64,000 bases of DNA from Torpedo marmorata. Taxonomy: Eukaryota. The stretch covers positions 5,704,001 through 5,768,000 of the forward strand of contig OZ360245.1 of NCBI GenBank assembly GCA_977017645.1. The letters run 5' to 3'. Below, one piece after another: positions 12,551-25,766 of this stretch (positions are counted from its first letter, which is position 1; every line of letters starts with the position of its first letter). The position numbers and the translations under genes are program-made. The notes under the pieces are model-generated. The model was not told where the DNA came from. It saw nothing but the letters and a program-made list of their open reading frames with translations, and searched no databases.

Positions 12551-13814
12551 AGGAGATGGTTTTGGAGGAACCTTGCATTTCCCACTCCGAGAATATCCGT
12601 CGCTCCTCAAAACTATCGTCTTTTTACATTCTCACATTTGGTCTGTGAGGTTTTTATAAAAATAGACGCCAAAAGCCAGACAAACACATCCCCCGAAAGC
12701 TTTTTTTAAATTAAGGTCCCGTGCGTTTCTCTCTCAGTTCGTCTATCTACCTCATTCCTCAAAGGTCAAACTCCCGGCGAGAATTCGTGGCTTAGAAGCG
12801 CGTGGATTCAATGCCGACAGCCGCGTTTTGCGAGCACGCCGCGTTTTGCGAGCACGCCTCGCTTGGCTTTTCCCACGATTCGCAACGCGGTGAAGCATTT
12901 GAGCAACTCGCTAGCTGTAAAATTAAAAAGGGCAATGTCCCTATTTTAGAGGCCAATATTGGCTCCGTGACGAAGGACAACACACACTCGAATAGAAGAG
13001 GCAAATACGACTCCCCCTCCCCAAAATAAAACCTTCGCTGACCTGCGTTACAATTTAAGGTTGCCGTTCATTTCCCAATAACTTTATTTCAAATCCTAAT
13101 CTGGTGGGACCCACCGCCATAAAGGTGACTCCCCCTCCCACCCCGTGGACTGTTGAGTGAAAGACCACGCGGGGTTACAGCTGAATGAATGGAGAATAAA
13201 TCAACATTTGACCTCACACAATTTTGGACAAAAAATTATAGACTTTGGGAAAATTAAACTCCGCCGGCGTTGCTGTTACAAATACCTTTCCAAATAGGTC
13301 AAAGCTTACTTTTGTGGTTTCTTTGTAAACATAAACATCCTCTCTAAACTGTTTACCTCTGTGCTCGGAACCTGGCTGCCTATTTCAGTATAAAGATGAA
13401 TAATGGTTAATAGGTGTGGTAGTATTCCAAGAAAAATGTCAAGACTCCATTGACCCGTTTCTGTCCCCCCCCCCCTCCTTCTTCTGAGGAGCGTCCACAG
13501 TGACAACGTAATTCCAGCAAAAACTGCATAAAATTAAAGATTTGGACGTTTAAGTTATCCGTTCTGGAGACACAAACAAGTTTGGAAATATCAACTCTAT
13601 CCCGTTCGAGTCAGACCATTTTACGTTTTCTATAAATCCACGATCTGTTGGTCGTTACCTGCGATTTTAGCGGCTCGAGGTGTTTGTATACGCCGTGGAG
13701 TCTCCGTCCGGGCCGGGCACTCTTAATCTGGGAAGCGGGAAGGATGGAGATCGCTGGGGGAGGGAAAAGGACGGGGGTGTGTGTGTGTGTGTTAGCTGGG
13801 GGTTGGGAGGATAT

Positions 13815-14060
13815 CATGCTTTTCTGTCATTGGTTAATATTTAATTTTGTTGACATGTTCTCAAAGAGCGATCTCAGAGATGGTTACTGTACGTTGGAGC
13901 TTCCGACACCTTTTCTCCCACCCCTCCTCTCCACTAACTCATCCATCCTGAGTTTAGTTGTCAAAACTCCGCCTATTCGGGCACACAATTGGTCAGGACG
14001 CGTAAAATCACCAATCAACTGGGCGGTTCATTAGCAGGAGGGATCCGAGGGCAGATCATT
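13815..14060 (+). promoter_or_regulatory. TBX2 proximal promoter (CCAAT boxes, GC boxes, AT-rich conserved-looking block)
   Basis: ATTGG near 13829 and 13988, CCAATC near 14011, GGGCGG at 14021 and CTCCGCC near 13967, all just upstream of exon 1. No clear TATA box. Confidence 0.6.
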
Positions 14061-14072
14061 GTAGGAAGGATC

Positions 14073-14084
14073 TGTGTGTGTGTG

Positions 14085-14126
<42 letters not shown>

Positions 14127-14150
14127 AGTGAGAGAGAGAGAGAGAGAAAG
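14073..14150. repeat. (GT)n(GA)n compound microsatellite in probable TBX2 5' UTR
   Basis: Directly visible between the CCAAT/GC boxes and the ATG. Confidence 0.92.
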
Positions 14151-14266
14151 AGCGTGAGATTGTCGATCGGCACTGCTTCTTCCAGAAGATGGTGTAAAGT
14201 ACCCGACACGGCGACGCTTCAAACAGAAATCTTCCTATTTTCCCCCTTCTCTTTCTGGATGCACCC

Positions 14267-14640
14267 ATGAAAGACCCAGTTTTAGCGGCGACCACCATGG
14301 CTTATCATCCGTTCCACGCTCACCGAGCCGCGGATTTCCCTATGAGCGCATTCCTGACTGCTCAGCCTTCTTTCTTCCCCGCCCTGGCGCTGCCTCCGAG
14401 CGGCGCGGCTGCACTCTCGCTACCCGGAGCTCTGGGCAAACCCTTGACGGACTCGAGCATGGCCGAGGCCGGGATCCACGTTTCCGCTCTCGGGCATCAG
14501 TCGACACACCTGCGGCCCCTCAAGAGCCTGGAACCCGAGGACGAGGTGGAAGACGACCCGAAAGTGAACCTGGAAGCGAAAGATCTGTGGGACCAGTTTC
14601 ACAAAGTGGGCACCGAAATGGTGATTACTAAATCCGGCAG
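14267..14640 (+). CDS. TBX2: TBX2 coding exon 1 (N-terminus and start of T-box)
   Basis: [30 protein letters not shown] is the TBX2-type N-terminus. T-box start [19 protein letters not shown]. Donor AG|GTACGG at 14640/14641, phase 2. Confidence 0.97.
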
Positions 14641-15704
14641 GTACGGTTCTACTCACAAACAGTTCCACTGAACGCAGCCGTGTCTCTCCCATCCTCCTTA
14701 TTTCTTAAACTTTTCAGACCGTTTCTTTCTCATTTTGGTTTTATTTAAAGCAAAACTACAATTACGAACCAGTCATCTGTTAAATTAATTCTGGTGAATT
14801 TGCGAAGTGCTTCAGAGAAGCCAGTTGTCAATGTGCCAAAGGCGCAATCGGATTTGCCAGTGAAATCTGAGCGTTTTAATGTTCCGTCTCTTATTAAAGG
14901 GCGAGATGGCAACTGTGAAAGGTTGTGTTTTCTGCTCTGCAGACACACGCACGCTTCCATATCTTATTTTCATATGAATTGAGCGCTCGGTATTTTGATC
15001 CTTTCTCGTCACTTTGTAATCAAGCATCTTAAAAATTTTTTTAAATCAATTTTTATATCTATCAGAAAGCACACATCTCCCCAGGACGTGTCCGCATCTA
15101 AAACTGTAATCCTAATCTACCGAGAACTGCCGTGTCGTTTCTGGGAAGAATCCCGTTTGGTCGCTAGTTTTCCCGAGCGCTGTTTGAACCACTGCAGAAG
15201 TTGTGAGGTCGAAACCATAAGTCTGTTGCTAATAATAACCTCTGATCGTAATCGGCCGGTGTGAATCGACTGGAAAAGCTCGAGTAGACAGCAAGAAACA
15301 GGCAAATGCGGTGGGGTTCCACTTTTAAAAAATGGCCCAAACGTTGCAATGGCTGCCACAAAAATCCTGCAGCCACACACTTGCGTATTCTTCGTAAACA
15401 ACACACACCGGGACGGCCGAGATGTTGCTGATCGCTGGCAGTTACCCGGGATAGGTGGACTACGAATACTTATCCCAGTTTAAATATCAGTTGATTTGAT
15501 CAAGTGTCAAGAAATAAATTCGAGCAGTCCGCAGCTAATTAAAAGGCTGTTATAAAAAAAAGAGTTCAATACATAGTCTGATAAGAATAATGTTCTGAGC
15601 TGTGAAGTATTATTTTTAAATGTCTGCCCCTTTTAGACTAAGCTGCGTTTTTCTCCGCTTGCACGCTCCTATATTCCATTAAATGTGTTGCTTCGTGTGT
15701 TTAA

Positions 15705-16016
<312 letters not shown>

Positions 16017-16738
16017 TGACTGTCACTATTGTGTAAGTGTTCAACCAAGGTAACTAAATACAAGTTTGAAAACTCTGCTTGGCCGCGTCTCTTGTCTACT
16101 TGAATCTCTCTGGCTGCTGGTATATCAATGACCCTCTTCCCCCAAAATTACAAACAAAAAGTGTTCCTGATTAGAGACTGGGCGGAAGGGAGGATTCCAC
16201 CCGTCCCAGGGTGATGAGCAGTTCTCTGGGAAAGAGATAAAGTGAGTTCAGGGTTTCAGAGATCCCGGGCCACCTTTACTCCTTGACCACTGGAGTGGAT
16301 CGGCCCACTTCAACGTTTCTGTGCAAGATCGTAACATTCCCATAAATAGAATTACAGAAAAGCCCCGACGTTCCTATTAAAACTTTATTTTTGTATTTCA
16401 GTCAAATTATTTGTGGCAATTTGAAACACGGGTCGGGATAATCTGAAAGGTTTCAATTCAGGCCGAGGTAGAACGTGTCTACCGCTTGTAATGGGAAGCT
16501 AACACCATTTGAAACAATGCACTAAAGCTGTCATATTTGTTCATTATCTACTGCTCTCTGATTCAGAATAAATCTGGGCACAAATCCATGCTAGTGTTTG
16601 GGAGCCACCAGAATCTTCTCTGGGGACTATTTAGGGCCTTATAATTACGCCTTTAAACATTATTGTTTGTCGCCTTTGTGTTTTTTGAAGTGTATTAAGA
16701 ATATGATTTGTGAAAAGCAGGTCAGTCTTTGTGGCGTC

Positions 16739-16873
16739 NNNNNNNNNNNNNNNNNNNNNNNNNNNNNNNNNNNNNNNNNNNNNNNNNNNNNNNNNNNNNN
16801 NNNNNNNNNNNNNNNNNNNNNNNNNNNNNNNNNNNNNNNNNNNNNNNNNNNNNNNNNNNNNNNNNNNNNNNNN
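16739..16873. other. Assembly gap in TBX2 intron 2
   Basis: Run of N. Confidence 1.
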
Positions 16874-18258
16874 CAGCGAATCTCTTAAGGATCGTTCCAA
16901 AGATGCTTTAGAAGTGGACAAGGGCCAATAGGAAAACAATTTGTGCCCATTTGAGCGGGGAATGCATGGTGTTGATGCAGTGCCTGGGAAATTTGATTGC
17001 AGGTTGTAGGAAGAACACAAGAGGTAAAAAAAAACATCCATTATGAAGCAGGGTCGTTCAGCGAGCGCCCTGAAGCGTACAACATTCGACCTAGATCGGC
17101 AAGCGTAAAAAAATCGGCCGCTCACTTTTACTCATAATTCACTGAAAAATTAAAGTGAAAACCGAGAGCCGAGTTTCAGTCAGATTGCAGACTGCACAAA
17201 GATAACCAAAACATGTGAAAGATTCAACCGATTGTATTCTGATTCTGTTGCAAGCGCCATTGATATGATTAATAAATAATAGGAAATAATATTCATTGTT
17301 TTAAAAGGTATATCTCGAGTAATTCTTGGCTGAAGATTCTTGTCTAACCGTAAAGGAATTATATCTTGGAAGTGTTCAGAGGGATTTTGGGAAATCAGAT
17401 TGGCCGGCCTGTCTCGCGGATCCAGGCTTGAGTGGTGGAGCTTTTTAGTTGATTTGCACGCCTGAACGGGAAAGCACTGTAACATTTTACATTATATAAA
17501 GCTGGGACAGAATTCAGTGCCCAGATCCAATAACTGTATCTTTTACGTGTCCGAGACAATGGCGCGGTTTCGATTTCACTGCATTCCGGGACTTTTTTTA
17601 ATGATTTTTTTTTTTTTTTTTTTGCTATTCTTGCAAACATTTTGAAATCGTTTCCCTCCTCCGGTTCCGCTAATTGGCGTGTCCTCATAGTAAAAATAAC
17701 AACCCTTCCATAATATGATGGAGATGAGGAAAGGGGGAAAGCAGGTCGGAGGGAAGGTGAGCTCTAAATCAGATTATTTCAGGAAATTGGTAACCTCAAT
17801 ATTGGATGCGCGGGTTAGAAAAAAAATCAAAGTATTTATATTCCAGTTTGGGATTCCTTTGTTTTAATGACTTATTAACAGTAAATAAAAGCGATTTTAG
17901 TCCAATTACTTTCTTCATATTTATATTATATAATTTCAATTGTAAGGCACAAATTAAATTAATATTACACGCAATTCATTAGCTTGAAGATACTTACCCG
18001 TCTGCTCAGGATCCATCTATTGTTGCACCTTTTCCAAAGGCGCAGGAATGAGTAAAGAATCGACCTTTCTGTTCTTTACTAAACGACACCATATTTTTCC
18101 TTGTCCCACTGCTCGTTGTGTGCGCGGGGGAAATCGGCAGAAATTGTGAGGCTTTATGCAGCTCCCCACTCGGTTCCCGTCACCCCAGATATCCGAGGGA
18201 AAGCGCGGGCTTCGCTTCACTGGAACTAACCCGAGTGTTCTCTCTGTCGCTTTCCCAG

Positions 18259-18405
18259 ACTATCCTGAATTCTATGCACAAATATCAGCCCAGGTTCCAT
18301 GTGGTCCGCGCGAACGATATTCTCAAACTGCCCTACAGCACTTTCCGAACGTATGTGTTCCCAGAGACAGAGTTCATTGCGGTTACAGCCTATCAAAACG
18401 ATAAG
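18259..18405 (+). CDS. TBX2: TBX2 coding exon 3 (T-box)
   Basis: Acceptor TTTCCCAG|ACT; [20 protein letters not shown]...[16 protein letters not shown]; donor AAG|GTGAGT; 147 nt. Confidence 0.98.
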
Positions 18406-19577
18406 GTGAGTCCGGCACACTTCTGTCGCGCTACCTGACTCAATTGGAATTGTTCATGCAGGTGGGCTGGAGATCGATCGACTCAACGAGGTTCGCCGAT
18501 TTAAAATGTTTTCAGACCTTTTCCCCCTTTGTTGCTGAGCACAACATGTTTTTTTCTCTCTCTTGTATCAATTGGTTGGACAGTTTCTTGTAAAGTTTGA
18601 ACCTTTGCAAATTTAATTCTATTTATGTCAGCGACATTTATTGCAAAAATGCGCCCAGCTCCAAGAAGCTTCAAACTCACGAGAACTTTAATTTTTTAAA
18701 CTGCACTCAAAGTTAGTCAAATAATGTAACCCACAACATTCATGATGAAATAACGTTTAATGAAATAGATACACATCAGGACATACTAAGATTAAGACAG
18801 TTTAACATTTTAAAATATAACTACTGTTAGCTAAATTGAATTCTGGGGGTTTTTTTGGAAAATCACTGTGTTATCGGGAGGAACGACACCTCACCGACTG
18901 ATCTGTGTGCAGAGTTAGTACGATGAAAGCGATTACAGTGTTGTATCACAGCAGCCGTTGTATTTAAAGAGTTCTTTGCAGATCGACGCCGTTTTCTGTC
19001 GAGTTGCGAGATTGCAGTTCAGAGCTGTTATATTTAGCATCAACTTGCACGGCGTTGACCACGATTTCCTTTCTGTTCCATCTTTGGCTTAAAAGCCATA
19101 CAGTATATCTGTTGGACAGTGTCTGCTGATTCCAACAATTTATGACTAGAATCGAAATCGATTAAAGTCTACTTATCACTGCAGACTCGCCTGATCGAAG
19201 TCCAATGTCGCCTCTGCTCTGTTGATCTTGCCTGATATTAGCAAACTTATTGGGTCTACGATATATCAACATTTAAAGATAAAATTATAGATAAAACAAG
19301 AAAGATACAATAGCCAAATCTCCCCTATCAGTGCAATTCCATTGATATGGTTGCCAACTAAATTACAATAGGAATTCAAATTCGCAATGGGGCCATTTCC
19401 AGGGGAAGGTTCTTCAGACATTATAACAAGTATCCTACTTATCCCACTTAGATCTGTGATACTTCAAAGGTTTAATTCCATACTTCTCGTGTGTTTCGCT
19501 CTTTTAACAGTGTTAGCATATTTTTGCATAGTGTGGCTTAAAATAATAGATGCAGGCTGAGCTGGGGAGGCACACTT

Positions 19578-19715
19578 GTAAAAAACACAACTGCTGGAGA
19601 AACTCAGCAGGTCAAACAGTGTCTTTTATGTAGCAAAGGTAGAAATACATAACCGACGTTTCGGGCTTGAGCCCTTCATCAAAGTATGAGAAAATGCCGG
19701 CAGGCGTCCGAACAA
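19578..19715 (-). mobile_element. Penelope terminal-repeat fragment with hammerhead-like motif, TBX2 intron 3
   Basis: Same GCTGGAGAAACTCAGCAGGTCAAACAGTG repeat as at 4040, 60460 and 63410. Minus strand reads TTGATGAAGGGCTCAAGCCCGAAACGTC. Confidence 0.75.
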
Positions 19716-20327
19716 AAGAGTGAATGTGGGTTTGCTGATAGCACATACTCTCACTATATTTCTTTGAAGTATTCTTAATGCGACCGTGTAAATATGTTGT
19801 CAAAAACTTTTTAGCAGTGCTTCATGACTTTAATGTTGACAACTGAGTTAAATATCACACCACTAAACAAAAGTTTATACAACCTTGTCTCAAGATATTA
19901 ATGTTTAACGCAACAGAAAATGCTGGATATACTCAATAGATAAACCAGCATCTGTGCATAGGGAAACAGAGTTAATGCTTCAGATTGATAAGCTTTGATA
20001 TGTTGGAAAGTTTCCCTCAAAGACAGGAATTTTGTTGTTATTATTCTTTGGTGGGGGCTATCGTCAATTTTAATCAACCATATTTTATTAATAGAACGAT
20101 AGAAATTTCTTGCCCAATCCTTTAGCGTTGTGCTTTTGAAATGCAGTAACTGTTGATACCTGACACATCAGAAAATGATCTACTGAGGAAAATGATAAAC
20201 AACATTTTGTTCAGAGAAAGACTCAGAAAGGGAACCCATTTTTGGTGATGTTGATTGATGGATTAATATTGGTCAGGGCACAAGAAGGTAAAAGGATACA
20301 TTCGACTGTTTTGGAGAGGGGTTTTGA

Positions 20328-20522
<195 letters not shown>

Positions 20523-20692
20523 TAAAAAGAAAAGATGGGTCCGGGCTTCTTGGTTTCTTGTCAGTTAGAGAGATGGTTCTTGTTCTTCCCCTTAAATGGG
20601 TTTAACCCTGATAATTCTGAGGGACAGGAATGAGAGGCGATGGAAGGGTAACCCTTTTCTCTTCCCACTTCTCGTCATTCCAGGCTGTCCCT

Positions 20693-20708
20693 GGGCACCT
20701 CCTGGTGG
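20693..20708 (-). promoter_or_regulatory. Candidate CTCF site in TBX2 intron 4
   Basis: Minus strand reads CCACCAGGAGGTGCCC, close to the CCASYAGRKGGCRS core. Confidence 0.45.
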
Positions 20709-20876
20709 CTGTTAATGGAACGACAAGGAATCTTGGGATTTGGTTGTTAAAAATGTTTTTTTTTACTCTATTTTGATCTTTGATTGTCATGTAATTGTTA
20801 AATGTCACTTTTGAAACAAGTGCATTTGAGACCGTTATGGGTCTCTTTATAAAACGATAAGCATTTTACTTTTCAG

Positions 20877-21046
20877 GAAGCAACTCTCTCTGCCTTCGTT
20901 GCGTGTGTACGAGGATCAGTGTAAAGGTGATCGAGATGGTGGCGATTCTGACGCCTCCTCCAGCGACCAACCTCCAGCCAGGGAGTCCCTGCGCTCGCCC
21001 TTGGCTCCTGACCCGGTTTCTCTACATTTCGGTCAAGCACCCAAAG
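20877..21046 (+). CDS. TBX2: TBX2 coding exon 5
   Basis: Acceptor TTTTCAG|G; KQLSLPSLRVYEDQCKGDRDGGDSDASS...; donor AAAG|GTAATT; phases fit both neighbours. Confidence 0.95.
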
Positions 21047-22476
21047 GTAATTTTTTGGGGAGGGAGGAGGTGGGGGCGACAGGGAGCAACAGACCAGTGA
21101 TCTGATCCAGAGATCAAGGGCTCACAGTTTGTTGACCGTATGCCGTCCTCCCGCTTAACCACGGGGCTTGTGGCTTAACCTTTAAAACCTGGTGTCATTA
21201 TTTGCTCCAGTATTCCTAATAAATGAGTCAAGGGGATAGCAGCACATGGCTTCAACATCAATTCAAAATAACATCAACTTCTAATGTATTAATCATAATG
21301 AAGGGTAACAATAAATTAGAGCATCGTCCTGAACTCAACCCAAATAAATCAACCAGTGTCTGCTGCCTTGGGGAATGTTTCCTGAGATAGGTTTAATTGG
21401 ATTCTCTGCATAACTCTCTTATATTAAACACTATTTTCCTGATTTATCAGTTTTAATGTAATGAAATGGAGACCTTGAAATAATGTTCATGCAGTGAGGA
21501 CAATGAGACAATGTTTAATGAGTCTCAATGATCTAAAGTGTCCGATATGAGCGGTAGGGCAGCAAGCTGCAGTATTAGGTCATATTTGTTCAGCAATGAT
21601 TCAGAAATCCCTGGTGTACAAGGTGGTGTATTAAATGAGTATTGTATCTCAAATGATCCATCCGCACACAGTGAGAGAGTTTGTCAAACTCAGAATTGGT
21701 GAAGCCCAGACTTGAGTCACCGACTGGGATTCGGGACTGTTGATTTTCCTCCGGTTCTGAACCCGGTCCTTTGTCAGCTTGTCGAATTCTTCCCTGTCGT
21801 GGCAGTTTATCCCATCTTATCAAAGAGACATTTCAAAGACACCCGCCAGCAGGGGGAAAAAAGTGGTAACAAACCAACAAGCATAAACATGGATAATCCT
21901 TAGGAAAATCGATCTTTGGGATTTTGGTTTTAAATCTTGTTTCCCCTGTTGGTGCAGAATTCAATGTTCACGTGTCTCCACTTTATTTCTGACATGTTTG
22001 AATGATGCAGTTGATATAATAAATAATATAAAGCAGAATATTATTTGTTCATGGTTCCTGTAAAATCACATTGCACCGACGTTGCTGACGTGGATATTGG
22101 AAACTAAAGTCAAAATTAATATTTCTAAGAAGGTCGTGCATGAAGTTCCCATATTCTTTTTTCACGCTGCACTTGTTCTACTGATACCACTGTCTTGGTC
22201 ATTCACCATTATGTAGAGACTTAACAAGGGATGGAACTGATTTTTGTGTTGTTAAAATAGGGTGTTTAGCCATGAGAATTATCACGGGAAATATGCAGGT
22301 CATTGTTCAGTTTATTTCCTCCTTTTTCCAATTGAACATTATTTAGTTTTGACATATAAAAGATCACAAAAGTATTAAAATGCCCTGATTATTGCCGAAT
22401 AGAATTGGAATCTCGCAGTTCTGTTTTTTTTTAGTGTAATGATTTATCTCGCTTATCTCTCTCTCGGTGACTTCAG

Positions 22477-23075
22477 ATGACAATGCAGGTGTGGACAGTG
22501 AGCCGGACCTGGAGCTTCTCAGAGCAGTCACCTGCAGCCCGCGAGTGGCGGTCTCCAGGGCAGGCTCTCCGCCGGCGGGGGAAGCTGCTGCAGACTCCTC
22601 TCATCGGTCGAAGCAGGGTACCGTCAGTGAGAAAAGGGAGTCGGTGGAGGCGCGCAGGGACAATGACACGTGCTTCGGCCACAGGGTGTCTGAGAAGGAG
22701 AAAGGCGACGGGAGAAGGAAGGGCGAAATCAAGGCAGACGGCGAATGTTTGAGCAAAGACAGCTATTCGCCGCTCATTATCCAGACTGACGGACATTCCC
22801 ACCTTAACGCCGGACATATGCAAAGCTTGGCTTTCTCGGGGTTGCACAGCCAGCAATTTTTTAACCCTTTAAACGTCGGACAGCCTCTCTTTATCCACCC
22901 CGGGCAGTTTGCGGTCGCTCCGGGAGCTTTCTCGGCTATGGCCACTGGAATGGGACATTTATTGGCTTCCGTGTCGGGAGCTGGCAATTTAGACAACGCC
23001 ACTATATCCTCAGCTCAGGCCGGAGCAGCTCCTCACTTTCCTTTCCATCTCTCTCAACACGTCCTGGCTTCTCAG
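22477..23075 (+). CDS. TBX2: TBX2 coding exon 6
   Basis: Acceptor CTTCAG|AT; [11 protein letters not shown]...[11 protein letters not shown]...[12 protein letters not shown]; donor CAG|GTAAGG; 599 nt. Confidence 0.96.
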
Positions 23076-25307
23076 GTAAGGAGTCTGTCTAATGAAGGGC
23101 GAGCGCGGTTGGCTGTAGTTATATTTATCCGGTCGCTTCTTCTCAAAAGGAGTTTCCTCTCGAGTTTATTTTTGTTTAAAAAGAGTGGTTGGAAGTTTAC
23201 TATAACTGAAGGTTCATTCCTGGAGACTGAAATCAGACTTTGTTTTGGGATGTGAGCACAGGCCCTCTCGCTAAAGGAGGAAAGTCTTCCTCTCCCACTG
23301 CACTCTCTCTCTCGCCCATTCTCTCAGTCGGGGGTTCGTGTCGGGACAGCGGAGAGACTGGGTCTCCTTGAAGCGGGGAGTTCAGAGGAACAGACCGGCG
23401 GGCAGGGTGAGAGAAATGAGCTGGAGCCGAGGGTCGCCTTACAACAAGAGACAAGAAGTTAGAAAAATCCAGTAACAAGTTAGAGGGGGAGAGAAAAGGG
23501 CCCGGAGCTTAGTTATTCTGCGGCCGTTTGCTGTTATTTCCTCGTTTTGTTATTCTGATTAATTATAGAAGTTATTGTTATGGCTATGGTCAGCTTTGTC
23601 TTACCAGTCGAAGAATAGTGTTATCTATGGGTTGATAGTTAATCGTCTTTGACCAATACAATGAGAGCATGGTAAAGTCAAGCAATGGCTGTGAAGCTAA
23701 CTCAATATTTATAATCTGAAGGAAGAACCAGATACAGCTGAGGATGTAGCTCCTTACTCCCAGTGATACGGGGTGGGGGGGGGAATTTATTCCAAATACC
23801 CTTATGAGTTCGCCCACAATCCAGACATTTATTGTCTTACTGGCAGTAGTTTATTGGGGTTGAGGAATATGCAGAAATATATTAACAGCACCCCTACTTC
23901 TTCACGTGTTCCCAATTCTTTGTTGGCTGTGCAATAACTAATCATGAAACAACTCGGTGGTTAATAGAGTGACAAGTAATATCCTGTGAGGTTTTCTGGG
24001 ATTTTCAATCAGTCACTACAAACCCCTCTCCATGGTTTAGTAACAGGATGGTTGGGGCACAGATGTCTGCAATGACATGACAACTCTTTTCATCCGCAGT
24101 ACTATGTTGCTTTGTTTCACCACTAGAGCAATGTCTCCTCTCAGCTGGGATATATTTGGAGGAAGCAATTTGCCACCTGACAGTGTGCAATCTTAAACTT
24201 CAAATGAATTCCACTTTAAGCAAAATGGAAGAATCTACTAATCTATTAGATTTATTGTTCATTAGTTGTATGCTAGTGTGGTTTTACTATAACACATAGA
24301 GTGTGTATTTTGGTGATACACGAGTGTAGTCAGGGGCATAAATATATTCTTAAAACGTCAGATTAACCAGCACTCAATTTCTTATTTATACAAACTGTTT
24401 GACACCAACATTGGTCACTATTGTGATGGCATGTTGATCTTTATTTGGTTGCAAACATGTCTTTTGACAATCAAATTGAATTTTGTTCGTTTAAACTGGA
24501 TCCAGAAGAATAATGGGTTTTAGCATACCTGGAAGAAGAAAATACCATTGATTTGTTTTGTATGTCATCTGTTTACACCCACAACAACCTCTCTCCAAGC
24601 ATCCAGGCTTATGCTTGGAAGATGCACAATAGTTTTTTTTTTCTAAACGTAAAATTCAGCCCCCCATGTTGAAAAGGCCAACTCCTATTTAATTTATGGG
24701 TTTTACTCTCAAATTGATATTAATCTGCAAGTTTTGGAAGGTGAAAACAGAGATTAAAAAATTAGGCTGTTGGAAATGTGGAGTAACACATACCACGACC
24801 AACCCGGAGCAGAATCCTGTACCTGTGAGATAAAAGAAAGGCCAGTTTAGCCTCACAGAGACAATGTGCCCTTCTGCTTCTTAACGTGTAGCTAGATAAG
24901 GTCAATTTGACGTGCATGTGTCCCAGTGTCAGCAAGCCCTGCTCAGGAATCACAGGGCTCTGGATTTAGAATCCAAAATTCAAGAAAGCTTTCTCCTCTA
25001 AAACAAAATCCAATTTACTTGCCCTTTTTTATCGCGCCTTGGCCCTACCTTTAGGAACAGAGGAGCCAGAAAAGAGCCATTCAGGCCTGGAGCTCATTGC
25101 GCCCTTCACTAGAGGGTCGGTATCCCAGCTCGGCGCCTCCCTGCAGCCTTTGATCTTTGGGGAGGTAAAGTCTCGAACCCTTCACTCCGATTTCTGGCCG
25201 GACTTTCCTTATTCCATCTCAGCGCAGGAAGAGCTTGCATTTCGTTGATGACATGATGACACTCACCAAGTCCACTTCTCTCCCTGTCTCTTTGTTTTAT
25301 GATACAG

Positions 25308-25766
25308 GGGATCCCAATGACCACGTTCGGAGGGCTTTTCCCTTACCCATACACCTACATGGCCGCGGCCGCCGCAGCCGCCGCGTTGCCCAACAGCTCC
25401 GGAGCGCCATCCTCCCTCCACCGGCATCCATTCCTGAGTGGCGGGCGACCCCGGCTTCGCTTCAACCCTTACCCCATCCCGGTGTCCATCCCGGCCAGCA
25501 CCAACCTCCTCACCACCGCCATGCCCTCGGCTCTGGGTGGATCCGACACCAAATTGTGCAGCCGAAACTCCAGCCCTGTCTCCGCCAACCTCGCCTCGGA
25601 ACTCAACCATAAGAGCAACGGCGGCAGTTTAAGGACTGCGGGCAGCGCCCCGTCCCCGAAACCGTCCGCCAAAGATGCCATCAACGAACTCCAGAACATC
25701 CAGAGATTAGTCAGCGGTCTCGATAACAACCGGGAGACGTCTCCGGCTGGGGATTCTCCAAAGTGA
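25308..25766 (+). CDS. TBX2: TBX2 coding exon 7 (repression region, poly-Ala, C-terminus)
   Basis: Acceptor GATACAG|GGG; [26 protein letters not shown]...RPRLRFNPY...[12 protein letters not shown]; stop TGA 25764-25766. Summed exons give 698 codons including the stop. Confidence 0.97.
   Translation, partial: GIPMTTFGGLFPYPYTYMAAAAAAAALPNSSGAPSSLHRHPFLSGGRPRLRFNPYPIPVSIPASTNLLTTAMPSALGGSDTKLCSRNSSPVSANLASELNHKSNGGSLRTAGSAPSPKPSAKDAINELQNIQRLVSGLDNNRETSPAGDSPK

Noticed and set aside
12000-13800. Divergent antisense lncRNA (TBX2-AS1-like)
   Set aside because: Cannot be supported from sequence alone; no diagnostic exon structure seen.
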